DNA from: Candidatus Terraquivivens tengchongensis
Lineage (GTDB): Archaea > Thermoproteota > Nitrososphaeria_A > Caldarchaeales > Wolframiiraptoraceae
Length of the DNA stretch: 64,000 nucleotides
NCBI GenBank assembly: GCA_023261845.1
Contig: JALNJZ010000002.1
Span: 136,997-200,996, forward strand
Reading direction: 5' to 3'
Shown here in pieces: positions 47,109 to 57,392 of the stretch (position 1 is the stretch's first letter; every line of letters begins with the position of its first letter). The translations under genes and the position numbers were made by a program. Under the pieces are notes generated by a model that saw only the letters and a list, made by a program, of their open reading frames with translations, was not told where the DNA came from and did no database searches.

Positions 47109-49199
47109 CTATGCGATATCCCTCTTCAGTAGTATCTTCACGTCAAAGGCCATACAACCACTTTCGTAGACGAATAGTGGGTTTATGTCAACATCGCTTA
47201 TAACATCAAAGTCCAGCGCCAACTGGTTCACCGCTGCCAATACGTTCTTCACGGAGTCCACATCCTTCCGAGGGCCCCTAAAACCTTTCAATACCTGATA
47301 GACCTTCGTCTCACTCATCATCTCATCCACGTCAACATCAGTTAGTGGTGCGACCCTGAAGGACACGTCTTTGTAAAGCTCTACCAGAACACCTCCAGAG
47401 CCGAACATAACGAGCGGTCCAAAAACTTCGTCTCTATGCATCCCCACAGCAACTTGTACACCTTCTTTAACGAACGACCTAACTACGACACCTTCTATCC
47501 TAGCGCCCGGACACCTTTCCACAACGGACTTGATAATTTCATGATAGGCATGCTCCAGCTCTTTACTGTTTTTTATATTGAGCTTTATCGCTCCTATGTC
47601 AGTTTTGTGGAGTACATCTGGGGATTCGACTTCAAGGACAATGGGGTATCCTATACTGTCCGCAAACCCAATAGCCTCTTCCAAGCTTTTTGCGACATTC
47701 TTCTTCGGTGCGGGTATACCATAGAGTCTTGCAACCTCGCACGACTCGGATTGTGTTAAGTTCCTCCCTTCTTTAATGGCTCTTGCTATAATTTCGTGTG
47801 CCCTGTCCTTTTCTCTCTTAACCTCAAGATGCTTGCCCGCCGGTCTGCTCTTATAATAAACGTACTTGTACTTCGTTGCGATAGCTGCTGCCGCCCTTTC
47901 TGGTGTATCAAAGGTAGGTACGCCGTTTTTTATGAGAAACCTTGTAGCATCATCACACTCCTTACCACCTATAAATGCGGAAACAATTGGCTTGTTTTTT
48001 CCCACTTCACTTACGCAGCTTGCTATCGCCTTGGCAACATTCATGGGGTCAAGTGTGGCTGGATGTGAAAAAAGTGTTATAACTACATGAACTCTTTCAT
48101 CTCTCAGTAAGACCGAAAGGGCTCCATAGTATTCTTTCTCCGTGGCCATTCCCGTCAGGTCTATCGGGTTGAGGACCGAGCCGAAACTTGGCATCCACTC
48201 TCTAAGAGCCAAAGCCAAATCATCGGGGATTTCCATCAAATGGAGCCCCAAATCCTCACAAGCATCAGCGCACATTATGCCTACACCGCCACCATTCGTC
48301 ACTATTACAACATTCTCACCCTTTGGGTCTGGTAGCATCGCCAAAGACAATGCGTAGTCAAAAAGCGTTCGTATATCGCTCGCCCTTATGATGCCACACT
48401 GCTTGAACGCTGCATCATAAGCGACGTCTAAGCCTGCTAGCGAGCCGGTATGCGATCTTACAGCCTCAGCCGCCTTTTTTCCCTTCCCCGCCTTCAGAAT
48501 GATTATGGGTTTTTTTCTACAAACTCTCTCGGCAACTTCCATGAACTTTTTCCCATCCTCAACACCCTCCATGTAGAGCGTTATGGCCTTCGTGTGAGGG
48601 TCTTTAGAGAAGAACTCAATAAGCTCACACTCATCTATATCTGCTCTATTCCCCAGGCTTATGATATCTAAAAGACCGATGCCCTTCACTTTAGTCCAAG
48701 TTAGTAGACCTGCCGCTAGGGCACCGCTCTGGGATATCATTACAATCTCTCCCTTCTCTGGAAGATAAGGCAGAAAGCTTGCATTCAAGTTAACTACCGT
48801 ATCTATCAAGCCCACTATGTTAGGTCCTAGAACCCTCACACCGCCTTTTTTTGCAATCTCTACTATCCTCTTCTCAGCCTCAACATTCCCAACCTCTCTA
48901 AAGCCAGATGATATGATGGCCGCAAACTTTACGCCCTTCTCGACACAATCCTCAATAATCTTTGGAACGATGTTAGCAGGTACAGCAATCACCGCCAAGT
49001 CGAGTTCAGATGGTACTTCTTTCAGGTTCGCGTAACACTTGAGACCAAGTATCTCTTCAACATTCGGGTTTATTGGAAAGACCCGCTCCTTCGGAAAACC
49101 GTTATCAATTATGTTTTTAAGTATCACATGGCCGATCTTAGTTGGCTCTCTCGAGGCACCAACGATGGCCACGGTGCGGGGCCTTACGAGGTACTCCAA
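47109..49199 (-). CDS. ADP-forming acetyl/acyl-CoA synthetase, second paralogue
   Basis: Same architecture as 43745-45892 and clearly paralogous (for example VAIVGASREPTKIGH..., MISQSGALAAGL...). 696 aa. Confidence 0.85.
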   Translation of the reverse strand: MEYLVRPRTVAIVGASREPTKIGHVILKNIIDNGFPKERVFPINPNVEEILGLKCYANLKEVPSELDLAVIAVPANIVPKIIEDCVEKGVKFAAIISSGFREVGNVEAEKRIVEIAKKGGVRVLGPNIVGLIDTVVNLNASFLPYLPEKGEIVMISQSGALAAGLLTWTKVKGIGLLDIISLGNRADIDECELIEFFSKDPHTKAITLYMEGVEDGKKFMEVAERVCRKKPIIILKAGKGKKAAEAVRSHTGSLAGLDVAYDAAFKQCGIIRASDIRTLFDYALSLAMLPDPKGENVVIVTNGGGVGIMCADACEDLGLHLMEIPDDLALALREWMPSFGSVLNPIDLTGMATEKEYYGALSVLLRDERVHVVITLFSHPATLDPMNVAKAIASCVSEVGKNKPIVSAFIGGKECDDATRFLIKNGVPTFDTPERAAAAIATKYKYVYYKSRPAGKHLEVKREKDRAHEIIARAIKEGRNLTQSESCEVARLYGIPAPKKNVAKSLEEAIGFADSIGYPIVLEVESPDVLHKTDIGAIKLNIKNSKELEHAYHEIIKSVVERCPGARIEGVVVRSFVKEGVQVAVGMHRDEVFGPLVMFGSGGVLVELYKDVSFRVAPLTDVDVDEMMSETKVYQVLKGFRGPRKDVDSVKNVLAAVNQLALDFDVISDVDINPLFVYESGCMAFDVKILLKRDIA

Positions 49200-49253
49200 T
49201 CCTTTTCACGAAAGTCTGGACGTTTTACGGCTATAAAAACTTCTTAAGGATTT

Positions 49254-49691
49254 TTACTCCTCTCCTCCTCCCGCCTCTTCTTCCAAACTTTCAATGTAAC
49301 GTCTATATTCCTCCGAATCCATTAACTTCTCAAGTTCATTCGGGTCAGAAATCTCTACCTTTACTATCCAACCGTCTTCGTACGGTGAATCGTTTATCAG
49401 CTCCGGTTTATCGATTAGGTTGCTGTTTACCTCAACTATTTTTCCTGTAACTGGAGAATACACTTCCGATACAACCTTCACAGACTCTATCGTACAAAGT
49501 GTATCTCCCTGCTTAAGCTTCTGGTTGACATTCGGCAACTCGAGGTACATTATATCGCGTAGCTTCTTCTGCGCATAGTCCGTTATGCCGATCATCGCTA
49601 TTTTTTTCTTGACTAACTTAATCCACAAGTGGTCCTTGCTGTACATCAAGTCCTCCGGTATTTCAAAACTTTCAGACACGTACGGTTCCAC
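49254..49691 (-). CDS. gcvH: glycine cleavage system H protein
   Basis: Lipoyl-lysine motif (TIESVKVVSEVYSPVTGKIVEVN). Confidence 0.85.
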   Translation of the reverse strand: MEPYVSESFEIPEDLMYSKDHLWIKLVKKKIAMIGITDYAQKKLRDIMYLELPNVNQKLKQGDTLCTIESVKVVSEVYSPVTGKIVEVNSNLIDKPELINDSPYEDGWIVKVEISDPNELEKLMDSEEYRRYIESLEEEAGGGEE

Positions 49692-49737
49692 CTAAAGCGC
49701 CCGCAATAGAATCTTATATTTAAAATTTCCTAAGGCC

Positions 49738-50100
49738 TTACTTTAGCATCTCGCTGAGCCTTTTATACTCGCCCTCCTTATAAAATAGGATCTCGGTCTC
49801 AAGCTTTACCCGCATGCCCAACCTTCTGAATAACTGGAGGAGCGTCCCTCCATCAATCTTATCCTGTAGAGCACCCTTATCCGCCAACTCGACCAGTTTG
49901 TTTATCACAACCTTTGTCTGTTCAGGGTATTGCTCTAGGGCGGCGTTAAGCACTTCTTCTGCCCTATCGCCAAGGAACGGCCTAAGCTTTTCCATGGGTC
50001 CTTCTGCGGTCTTAGTCTGCTCAACCTTTTGAGCACTCTGCATCAGCTGGCGTAACCTTCTCATCTGTATCCTCTTAAGTTCTAGGTCATCTCCGGACAT
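49738..50100 (-). CDS. PDCD5/TFAR19-like dsDNA-binding protein
   Basis: 120-aa helical protein. ELKRIQMRRLRQLMQ...EQTKVVINKLVELADKGAL resembles archaeal PDCD5 homologues. Confidence 0.45.
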   Translation of the reverse strand: MSGDDLELKRIQMRRLRQLMQSAQKVEQTKTAEGPMEKLRPFLGDRAEEVLNAALEQYPEQTKVVINKLVELADKGALQDKIDGGTLLQLFRRLGMRVKLETEILFYKEGEYKRLSEMLK

Positions 50101-50154
50101 AGCTAATACAGAAGTGCCATAATCTGCATATAGACTTTTCCGGCATCTAAAGCT

Positions 50155-51498
50155 CTAAGCGACCTTTTTCATGATGCTCTTAAGCGTGGAGATGTTAGTG
50201 AGGTAGCGTAGTCTCACGCCGATACTGTTCAGTCTCTCCGCCGCACCTTCTTCCCTATCGAATACGACGTAATATGCCAATACCTTTCCGCCTAACTCCG
50301 ACACGGCTTTTACACAAGCTTCCGCAGTCTCGCCCGTCGTCGTCAGGTCGTCAACACATATCACCTTATCGCCGTTTTGCACGACCCCCTCGACCCTCCT
50401 TCCAGTTCCGTAGCCCTTCTCTTTGTGTCTAACGTACACCAGCCCCTTGCATAACCTGTCAGCGACTATCGAGGCTATAGGTATGCCAGCAGTTTCTGTC
50501 GTGGCCACTTTATCGGCGTCCACGTTTCCTTCCATGCTTATCCTCACGAGCATGAGTTCAGCTATCTTACTTCTCGGTTCTGGGTGCGAGTAAAGAGCTC
50601 TAATATCAACATAGTAGTCGCTCTCCTTTCCGCTCGAAAGTATGAATGGCTTGTCTGGTGAGTAGCGGTAGACACCAGGGGTTCTGATAATTTCCAAGGC
50701 GGCATTCATGCGTATCCAAGAATCGGTTAAGGTGTCCCTATACTCGGCCGCCACTTTTTTCGGCTCAGGCGAATCAACAACCGACCTGCCAATGTTCACT
50801 AGCACATTCCAGCCACCATAAATGATTGCCTTCTCCAAGTCGCCGCCCTGCACACCTATGCCAGGGAAGAGGATTATAGGCCCTTCACCAACAACACTCC
50901 TTATGGTGGCTATATCGTTCGCGGAGGCAGTCTCCGTTGCACTGACGACGAGACCGTCTGCTCCAGAAATTTTTGCATCTTCTGCAAGTATTTCAAAAAG
51001 CTTTTTACCACCCATGTCTAGCTTAAACAACCTTGCCGACTCGGGGTTAGATGGTAGGGTTACAGAAAATACGGCAAGCCCTAGGTCATGAGCCGTCTTG
51101 ACAACTTGACCGAGGTTTCCGAATATTGGGTTTACTGTAAGCCCATCATAGCCCATGTCCTTAACTATACTGATGCCCATGGTAGCCGTACTCGTTATGT
51201 CGGATAACTTGCAATCGTATATCGTCAGTGTCCCGAGCGACTTGCAAAGCTGTGTAATCTCTTGGTGGTCCTCCATGCTCAAGTGTCTAGTGTAGTTCTC
51301 GTTCACTTTGAAGGCTATAGCATAGGGCGCCGTCGACTCTACGAGTTGCTCCAACCTCTCTACGTACTCCTTTCTAGATTCTCCCCTCCTCTTCACGTCC
51401 AGTGAAATGCACATTATGCTGCCCTTTTGCCTCCTAAGCTCGGCGTACTTCCTCAAGAACGACATCAGCACACCATCTCTCTGCTCATATGTATGCAA
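50155..51498 (-). CDS. pyrF-pyrE: bifunctional OMP decarboxylase (N-terminal) and orotate phosphoribosyltransferase (C-terminal)
   Basis: The N-terminal roughly 230 aa form an OMPDC TIM barrel (IMCISLDVKRR...). The C-terminal roughly 200 aa form a type-I PRTase with PRPP motif VICVDDLTTTGETA. Confidence 0.75.
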   Translation of the reverse strand: MHTYEQRDGVLMSFLRKYAELRRQKGSIMCISLDVKRRGESRKEYVERLEQLVESTAPYAIAFKVNENYTRHLSMEDHQEITQLCKSLGTLTIYDCKLSDITSTATMGISIVKDMGYDGLTVNPIFGNLGQVVKTAHDLGLAVFSVTLPSNPESARLFKLDMGGKKLFEILAEDAKISGADGLVVSATETASANDIATIRSVVGEGPIILFPGIGVQGGDLEKAIIYGGWNVLVNIGRSVVDSPEPKKVAAEYRDTLTDSWIRMNAALEIIRTPGVYRYSPDKPFILSSGKESDYYVDIRALYSHPEPRSKIAELMLVRISMEGNVDADKVATTETAGIPIASIVADRLCKGLVYVRHKEKGYGTGRRVEGVVQNGDKVICVDDLTTTGETAEACVKAVSELGGKVLAYYVVFDREEGAAERLNSIGVRLRYLTNISTLKSIMKKVA

Positions 51499-51555
51499 GG
51501 TCCTTATATTATCTATGTTGGCATTACGGGACGTTATGTTATCGCAACTTAAGCC

Positions 51556-53004
51556 CTAAGAAACTGGCGACCTACCGAGTCTTACGTTTCTGAGCCTTAT
51601 AGCCGGGCCACCGAACCAGACTGGCATGCTCTGCATAGGCTCGCTCTTACCACAATAGCCAGCATAGAATTTGACATCTTTACCGACGGCATCGATCGAC
51701 GAGTAAAGACCCTTAGTGGTCAACTCGATGGTCGGATTCCTCAGCATGGACTCGAGTTTACCGTTCTTTATCAGATATGCCTCCAGTCCAACGTATCTTT
51801 GATTCCATCTTCTGTCGTCAATGTTCCACTCCATGTATGAGCTTATGTAGACGCCGTATCTGACACCTTCTATCAATTCCTCGAGCGAGTAGTCTCCGGG
51901 CTTCATGTAAGTATTGGCCATACGCACTATCGGCTCGACGCCGTAAAAGCTCGCTCTCGACGATCCGTTGCTGAGCGTGCCAAACTCGGCAGCTGTTTCC
52001 CTATTGTGTAGCAACTCGTTTATCCTTCCTTTATCGATGAGCACTCTCTCCTTAGCCTCGACACATTCGTCATCGTAAAGATAATAGCCGAATGAGTTCG
52101 GTAGCCTAGGATCGTCTACGATAGTAACATGCTCCGAGCCTATGTATTCACCGATAAGCTCACGGGTCACGTAGGTCTCGCCGCCTTGTGCCGCCTCCCT
52201 TCCAAGGACCCTATCGGCCTCTAGGGGATGTCCGGCAGACTCGTGACAGATTATTCCAACGAGCTCAGGTCCCAATACGACATCGAGCGTGTCTGTAGGT
52301 GGCTCTACAGCATCTGTCAGAATCTTGGCTAGCTTCCCCGCCTCTTCTGAAATCCTCTCGTCGAGGAGCCATCTCTCAACCCTTTCCCAGCCTCCAGACT
52401 CTCCTATGTTCTCGAACCTTTGAACGGTTCCCTTTCCAGCCTTCGCCGCGGTCAGCATGTAGGAGAACATGACTCTCGGTATATGGCTATGGATGTTTGA
52501 CCCCTCGGACGTGATTATGTGCTTCTCGGTTATTAAGTAGCCGACGCTTAAAACCCTCGCTGGAAGCTTTACATCGTTTCGAGAAGTTGCTTCAACGCTC
52601 CTATCATCAACATCCTTGAGCAGCTCGACCTTTGAGTCAGGGTCAACATATTCAGGCTTTACCCTCGGCTTAATCGCATAGTTTGCCTTTACAGTCTTTA
52701 CTTCTGCCATTCTGATGGGGCTTTTGACAGCTTTTGAGGAAGCTTTTGCAAGCGTGATAGCTCTAACAACAGCATCTTTTACATCCGCTTTTTTTGTCAG
52801 GTTTGTTGAGGCAAACCCCATGGAGCCGGAAACTATGGCCCTTATAGACAGGCCCCTACTTGCGCCGAACCCAGGCGCCTCGGGCACGCCGTTCCTTAGC
52901 GTGAATTCCTCAAAAATATCCGACTGATACCTTACCTCCGCATAGGAGGCGCCCAGTTTCATAGCATAATTGACTGCATAACTTAGAAGGTCCTCCATCA
53001 CCAT
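51556..53004 (-). CDS. TldD/PmbA-family metallopeptidase
   Basis: 482 aa with a TldD-like conserved C-terminal region (GGETYVTRE...GYCGKSEP). Confidence 0.75.
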   Translation of the reverse strand: MVMEDLLSYAVNYAMKLGASYAEVRYQSDIFEEFTLRNGVPEAPGFGASRGLSIRAIVSGSMGFASTNLTKKADVKDAVVRAITLAKASSKAVKSPIRMAEVKTVKANYAIKPRVKPEYVDPDSKVELLKDVDDRSVEATSRNDVKLPARVLSVGYLITEKHIITSEGSNIHSHIPRVMFSYMLTAAKAGKGTVQRFENIGESGGWERVERWLLDERISEEAGKLAKILTDAVEPPTDTLDVVLGPELVGIICHESAGHPLEADRVLGREAAQGGETYVTRELIGEYIGSEHVTIVDDPRLPNSFGYYLYDDECVEAKERVLIDKGRINELLHNRETAAEFGTLSNGSSRASFYGVEPIVRMANTYMKPGDYSLEELIEGVRYGVYISSYMEWNIDDRRWNQRYVGLEAYLIKNGKLESMLRNPTIELTTKGLYSSIDAVGKDVKFYAGYCGKSEPMQSMPVWFGGPAIRLRNVRLGRSPVS

Positions 53005-53037
53005 GGCTCAACATTCCAAAAAATCTTTAATTAATTT

Positions 53038-53307
53038 TTAAACCCTTTTTGGGAGGAATTTCTCCTGCTCTTTATCCCTTATGCTGAGTATGGCTTGGGC
53101 TCTATGTAGCAACAGCCTAGCTTTTTGGTAGAGGCTCTTAGCCTGCTCCATCTCGCCTTCTGTAAGCTTCTGCTTGAGCATGAAATCTTCCAACTTTGAA
53201 CTTATCTCCTGAAGAATCTCTACCACGAGCTCGAGCCTGCTCTCGCTCTCTACAGACATCTGGCAAAACTTCAGCTCCTCCTCGATGTCTGCCAGCACCG
53301 TACTCAT
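53038..53307 (-). CDS. small helical hypothetical protein
   Basis: 89-aa coiled-coil-like ORF. Weak support. Confidence 0.3.
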   Translation of the reverse strand: MSTVLADIEEELKFCQMSVESESRLELVVEILQEISSKLEDFMLKQKLTEGEMEQAKSLYQKARLLLHRAQAILSIRDKEQEKFLPKRV

Positions 53308-53378
53308 GCGGGTTGACCCACCTTCAGTATAATTTCAAAACGTGTCTATTAAGAGTTTTTCTGATAATGTAACGTGGG

Positions 53379-54149
53379 TTGCAAAGCTTTTATAAACCTG
53401 CCCTATCCATCCTCTGGTTAAGCACGGACATGATAGGCCAACCGCAACACATTAAATCAGCAAAAGGCGAAGTTGCAGAAAGGGTTGTGGTTGCAGGAGA
53501 CCCGGCTAGGGTTGTTCAACTTTCTAGAATGTTAGAAAGACCAAAACTCGTTAATGAAAACCGTGGCTTTTTGACATACACTGGTTACTTTAATGGTACA
53601 CCAATAACGGTTTCTTGTCACGGCGTTGGCGGCCCATCGTCTGCGATAGTTTTTGAGGAGCTTGTCATGTTGGGTGCCAAGGTCGTCGTTAGGCTTGGCA
53701 CGACTGGAGCATTTTTAAAGCACATGAAGATCGGCGAGGTGGTCATTCCGACTGGGGCAGCATACTTAGGGGGAACGCTTGCGCAGTACGTACCCGATGC
53801 CCACATAACCCCTGTTCCTAGCTTTGACGTGACGAATGAGTTGGTTAATACCGCAAGGGAGGAGGGGCTGACGTACCACATCGGGCCTGTATTCTCGAGC
53901 GATGCATTCTACGCTGAGGACCCTGAGTTCGTCAAGAGGTGGTCAAGCAAAGGCTACATATCCGTCGAGATGGAGTGTGCAACACTCTTCGGCCTCGGGA
54001 TGCTACGTGGTGTTAAAACAGGTGCTATGCTCCTCATAAGCGACAACTTGGCAGAGATGACGCCCATGGTAAATGCTGAATATCTTAAGCCATACGTCGA
54101 GAAGGCAGGAAGGGCAGTCTTCAAAGCACTCCTGAGGATAAAGCTCTAA
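53379..54149 (+). CDS. nucleoside phosphorylase, PNP/UDP family 1 (purine/uridine/MTA phosphorylase)
   Basis: VVAGDPARVVQLS...NRGFLTYTGYFNGTPITVSCHGVGGPSSAIVFEEL motif. The start is more likely the internal Met at 53430. Confidence 0.7.
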   Translation: MQSFYKPALSILWLSTDMIGQPQHIKSAKGEVAERVVVAGDPARVVQLSRMLERPKLVNENRGFLTYTGYFNGTPITVSCHGVGGPSSAIVFEELVMLGAKVVVRLGTTGAFLKHMKIGEVVIPTGAAYLGGTLAQYVPDAHITPVPSFDVTNELVNTAREEGLTYHIGPVFSSDAFYAEDPEFVKRWSSKGYISVEMECATLFGLGMLRGVKTGAMLLISDNLAEMTPMVNAEYLKPYVEKAGRAVFKALLRIKL

Positions 54150-54925
54150 GATACGCTCTCCAAAACCGACTTGAGCGACGTCACGAAGTCTGACACTTTT
54201 TTCTTCGCAACACTAGCAGTATTATCCTCTATTATATTGACTAGCTCGCTACCTACGACTATTCCGTCAACCATACCTACTAACGTCTTCGCATAGGACA
54301 GGTCTCTTATACCGAAACCAGCCACCAAAGATGTATTGCCGACCAGCCCCCTGACTCTTGTAATGGACTTAGCAGGATCTATGTAAGCTACTTCGCCCGT
54401 AACCGACGATATGCCGATATAAACAAATACTGGATTGTAGCTCGCCATAATCTTGATTGTATTATCTGGATAATTGTAGCTCGCGAAGAACAGTTTTTCG
54501 AGATTTACGGTGTCGCAGGCTTTTGCATATTCGTCCAAAGCCGAAGGACCAACCATGCCCAAGTCCGGTATTAGCGCACTAGAAGCTCCAGTCTCTGCGA
54601 CCGAATGCATAAACTCCGTTAACTGTCCAGCGGTATTCAGATAACACAACAGTATTTTCGTTGCGTTAACGTTTTTAGCAATATCTAGCGCCATGCCCTT
54701 ATCTATACCCTGCTCCTTTACTCTCCAATAAGATAGCCTTATGCTCGTGCCGTCATAGATGGCGATTTTAGGTGGTATGCCAAGTTCAAGTATATCAGCA
54801 CCAGAACTTTTGAGTATATCACAATATTCCATGAATGCATCAGGTGTCGGATATCCCAAAGTCATGTAGGTTATAAGACATTTCTTCTTTCTCGTAATTT
54901 CTCGTATGTTCAACAAACCTCGCAC
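54146..54925 (-). CDS. trpA: tryptophan synthase alpha subunit
   Basis: TrpA TIM-barrel motifs. Last gene of the trp operon. Confidence 0.8.
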   Translation of the reverse strand: MRGLLNIREITRKKKCLITYMTLGYPTPDAFMEYCDILKSSGADILELGIPPKIAIYDGTSIRLSYWRVKEQGIDKGMALDIAKNVNATKILLCYLNTAGQLTEFMHSVAETGASSALIPDLGMVGPSALDEYAKACDTVNLEKLFFASYNYPDNTIKIMASYNPVFVYIGISSVTGEVAYIDPAKSITRVRGLVGNTSLVAGFGIRDLSYAKTLVGMVDGIVVGSELVNIIEDNTASVAKKKVSDFVTSLKSVLESVS

Positions 54926-55563
54926 CGTTTTGCATTCTTTACGAATTCAAAAATCTTTTTTCTGTCCTTTATACCGGGACTGACCTCTACACCGGACGAT
55001 ACGTCAACGGCATAAGGCCTCACGCTACGTACAGCTTCTGCCACGTTCTCAGGTCTTAGACCGCCAGCAAGTATTACGGGCTTAGGGTAAAGGCACTCAA
55101 CAACCTTTCTACTTATCTCCCAGTCGTGAATCTTACCCTGACCACCGTACCCTCCGACGAGCGAATCAAGCAACAAGGCGTCGAACTCATTTATTGAGTT
55201 TCTCAGAGATTCAACGTCAGAAACTTCATTGACGTTGATCGCCTTTATTAACCTAATATCGGACAACGCATTACGCAACTTTTCGGCACCCGAAAAGTCG
55301 TTACCGTGTATCTGCAATGCAGAAGGTCTAAGCAGGTTACGAACTCTAAGTAGCTCGTCAAAATCTGATGTAACAGTTACTACCACGCTATCTACAAATA
55401 CGGGTACTGTTTTTATCAACTCTTTGGCCCTTTCGTAAGTTAGATTTCTCGGCGATAGTGGTGAGGCTACGACGAATCCTACAGCATCGGCGCCAGCATC
55501 CACAGCATCCATTAGGTCTTGCTCGCGTGTTATGCCGCAGATCTTAACCCTTACATAGGTCAT
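54910..55563 (-). CDS. trpF: phosphoribosylanthranilate isomerase
   Basis: VKICGITREQDLMDAVDAGADAVGFV signature. Confidence 0.8.
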   Translation of the reverse strand: MTYVRVKICGITREQDLMDAVDAGADAVGFVVASPLSPRNLTYERAKELIKTVPVFVDSVVVTVTSDFDELLRVRNLLRPSALQIHGNDFSGAEKLRNALSDIRLIKAINVNEVSDVESLRNSINEFDALLLDSLVGGYGGQGKIHDWEISRKVVECLYPKPVILAGGLRPENVAEAVRSVRPYAVDVSSGVEVSPGIKDRKKIFEFVKNAKRCEVC

Positions 55564-56338
55564 GGCCTCTCACAAGCTCTCTTACGCTACTCTCAATGTT
55601 CGTTGACGTCATTATGAACGTCCCGACCAAGAAAGCATCTGCACCGAGATTTTTCAGGAGAATAACTTGGGCAGGGCTGTTTATACCACTCTCACACACG
55701 ACCAGTTTGCGCTTAACTTTTGCACTCGTAAGTATTCGTTTTGAAATATTGATATCGACCTCCAACATCTCTAAATCACGGTTGTTTATCCCTAGCATGT
55801 CTGCCTCCGTATCCATGCCGGAAAGAAACTCTTCCTCTGTGTGAGTTTCTAAAAGTACTTCAAGACCTAACGAGTGAGCCGTTTTTATCATGTCGTCTAA
55901 ATCTTCATCGCACATGCTCTGGTCGTAAACTTTCTTTATTAGGAGAACAGCGCTCGCTCCTAACCTCGATGCGGCCTCAAGCTGAATACTGCTAACGATT
56001 ACGTCCTTCATAAGTATTGGTATGCTGACAGTTTCTCTAACAGCTCTCAGCTTATCTAACGAGCCATCGAAGAATGTGTTTTCCGTCAAAACCGATATGC
56101 CTACAGCTCCGCCACGTTCCATAGCCTTAGCCATGCTTTTGACGTCTCCATGTATGCGCCTTCCCATGGTTGGCGACGTCAGCTTCAGTTCAGCTATAAT
56201 AGGAATGGCCTTGCAGGCGAGTATCGCCTCTTTTAAGCTCGGAGGTTTTGAAAATGTTGCCGAAGAAGGTACATCATAGTAGCCGTTCTTCACGCGCTTG
56301 ATGGCATTTTCGACCAAAACCTTAAGGAAGTTGGCCAT
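55544..56338 (-). CDS. trpC: indole-3-glycerol-phosphate synthase
   Basis: IGPS TIM barrel (IAELKLTSPTMG...; NNRDLEML..). The start is taken at Met-13 of the listed ORF (56338) to limit overlap with trpD. Confidence 0.8.
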   Translation of the reverse strand: MANFLKVLVENAIKRVKNGYYDVPSSATFSKPPSLKEAILACKAIPIIAELKLTSPTMGRRIHGDVKSMAKAMERGGAVGISVLTENTFFDGSLDKLRAVRETVSIPILMKDVIVSSIQLEAASRLGASAVLLIKKVYDQSMCDEDLDDMIKTAHSLGLEVLLETHTEEEFLSGMDTEADMLGINNRDLEMLEVDINISKRILTSAKVKRKLVVCESGINSPAQVILLKNLGADAFLVGTFIMTSTNIESSVRELVRGHDLCKG

Positions 56339-57392
56339 ATATCTCCTCCATCCTTTCAAGCTTGGATGGATCACCGCTAAGTTTCACCAGCTCCTTCAAC
56401 TTTTTGTACGCCTTGCCACTCTCCAAAGACTCCCTTGCCAGCTCCATACCTTCGAGAAAGCTATCCGCCTGTCCGCCCAATAATATGCCCAAAGCAGCGT
56501 TGACTAAGACAGCATCCTTCTTAGGGCCGCCTTTACCATTCAGAATCATAAAGGCTACTTGTGCCGCCTCCTCTTGTGTCTTAATTTCTAGGTCTTCCCG
56601 TCTGCAAGGCTCAACACCAAAATCTCTTGGTGTCAACTCAAGAATCCTAACATTATTATGCTTCAACCATGCAACCCTTGTTTTACCTATTATCGACACC
56701 TCATCTAAACCGTCAAGACCGTGCACGATGAAGGCCTCTTCGCATCCCAAGTTCATCAACACATATGCTAGCGTATTCATGATTTTATCATCATATACAC
56801 CTAATAGCTGGGCGTTTACGTCGGCTGGATTCGCAAGGGGTCCGAGAATATTGAATACAGTCCTTATTCCCATCTCTTTCCTTACCCGCTGAACGTTTTT
56901 CATAGCCGGGTGGAAATATGGGGCGTACATGAAGCCTATGCCAACAACCTCGATAGCCCTTTCGACCGATTCAGGCTCCTGCTCAAGCCTTAAGCCAAAC
57001 ATTTCAAGCAAATCAGCGCTGCCGCACTTTCCAGAAATTGCTCTGTTCCCATGCTTCGCTACTTTGACACCAGCTCCAGCAACAACGAAGGCCGCAACCG
57101 TGCTTATGTTGAATGTTTTGATCCTATCGCCGCCAGTTCCGCATACATCTATAAGCCTTCCATTTATCTTGGGTTTTACCTTACAACAGTATTCCTTCAT
57201 AACCTTTGTGAAAGCGGTAAGTTCTATAACAGACTCACCCTTCATTCTGATTGCCGTCAAGAAGCTTGCAAGCTGGGCATCAGTAACATTACCATCCATT
57301 ATGCTCCTCATAGCGCTTTCGGCCTCATCGTAGTTTAAGTCGTACCCCTCAACGAGCTTCCTAAGTATCTCCACAAACATATCAAAAACCAT
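56322..57392 (-). CDS. trpD: anthranilate phosphoribosyltransferase
   Basis: GTGGDRIKTFNISTVAAFVVAGAGVKVAKHGNRA signature. Confidence 0.85.
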   Translation of the reverse strand: MVFDMFVEILRKLVEGYDLNYDEAESAMRSIMDGNVTDAQLASFLTAIRMKGESVIELTAFTKVMKEYCCKVKPKINGRLIDVCGTGGDRIKTFNISTVAAFVVAGAGVKVAKHGNRAISGKCGSADLLEMFGLRLEQEPESVERAIEVVGIGFMYAPYFHPAMKNVQRVRKEMGIRTVFNILGPLANPADVNAQLLGVYDDKIMNTLAYVLMNLGCEEAFIVHGLDGLDEVSIIGKTRVAWLKHNNVRILELTPRDFGVEPCRREDLEIKTQEEAAQVAFMILNGKGGPKKDAVLVNAALGILLGGQADSFLEGMELARESLESGKAYKKLKELVKLSGDPSKLERMEEIYGQLP

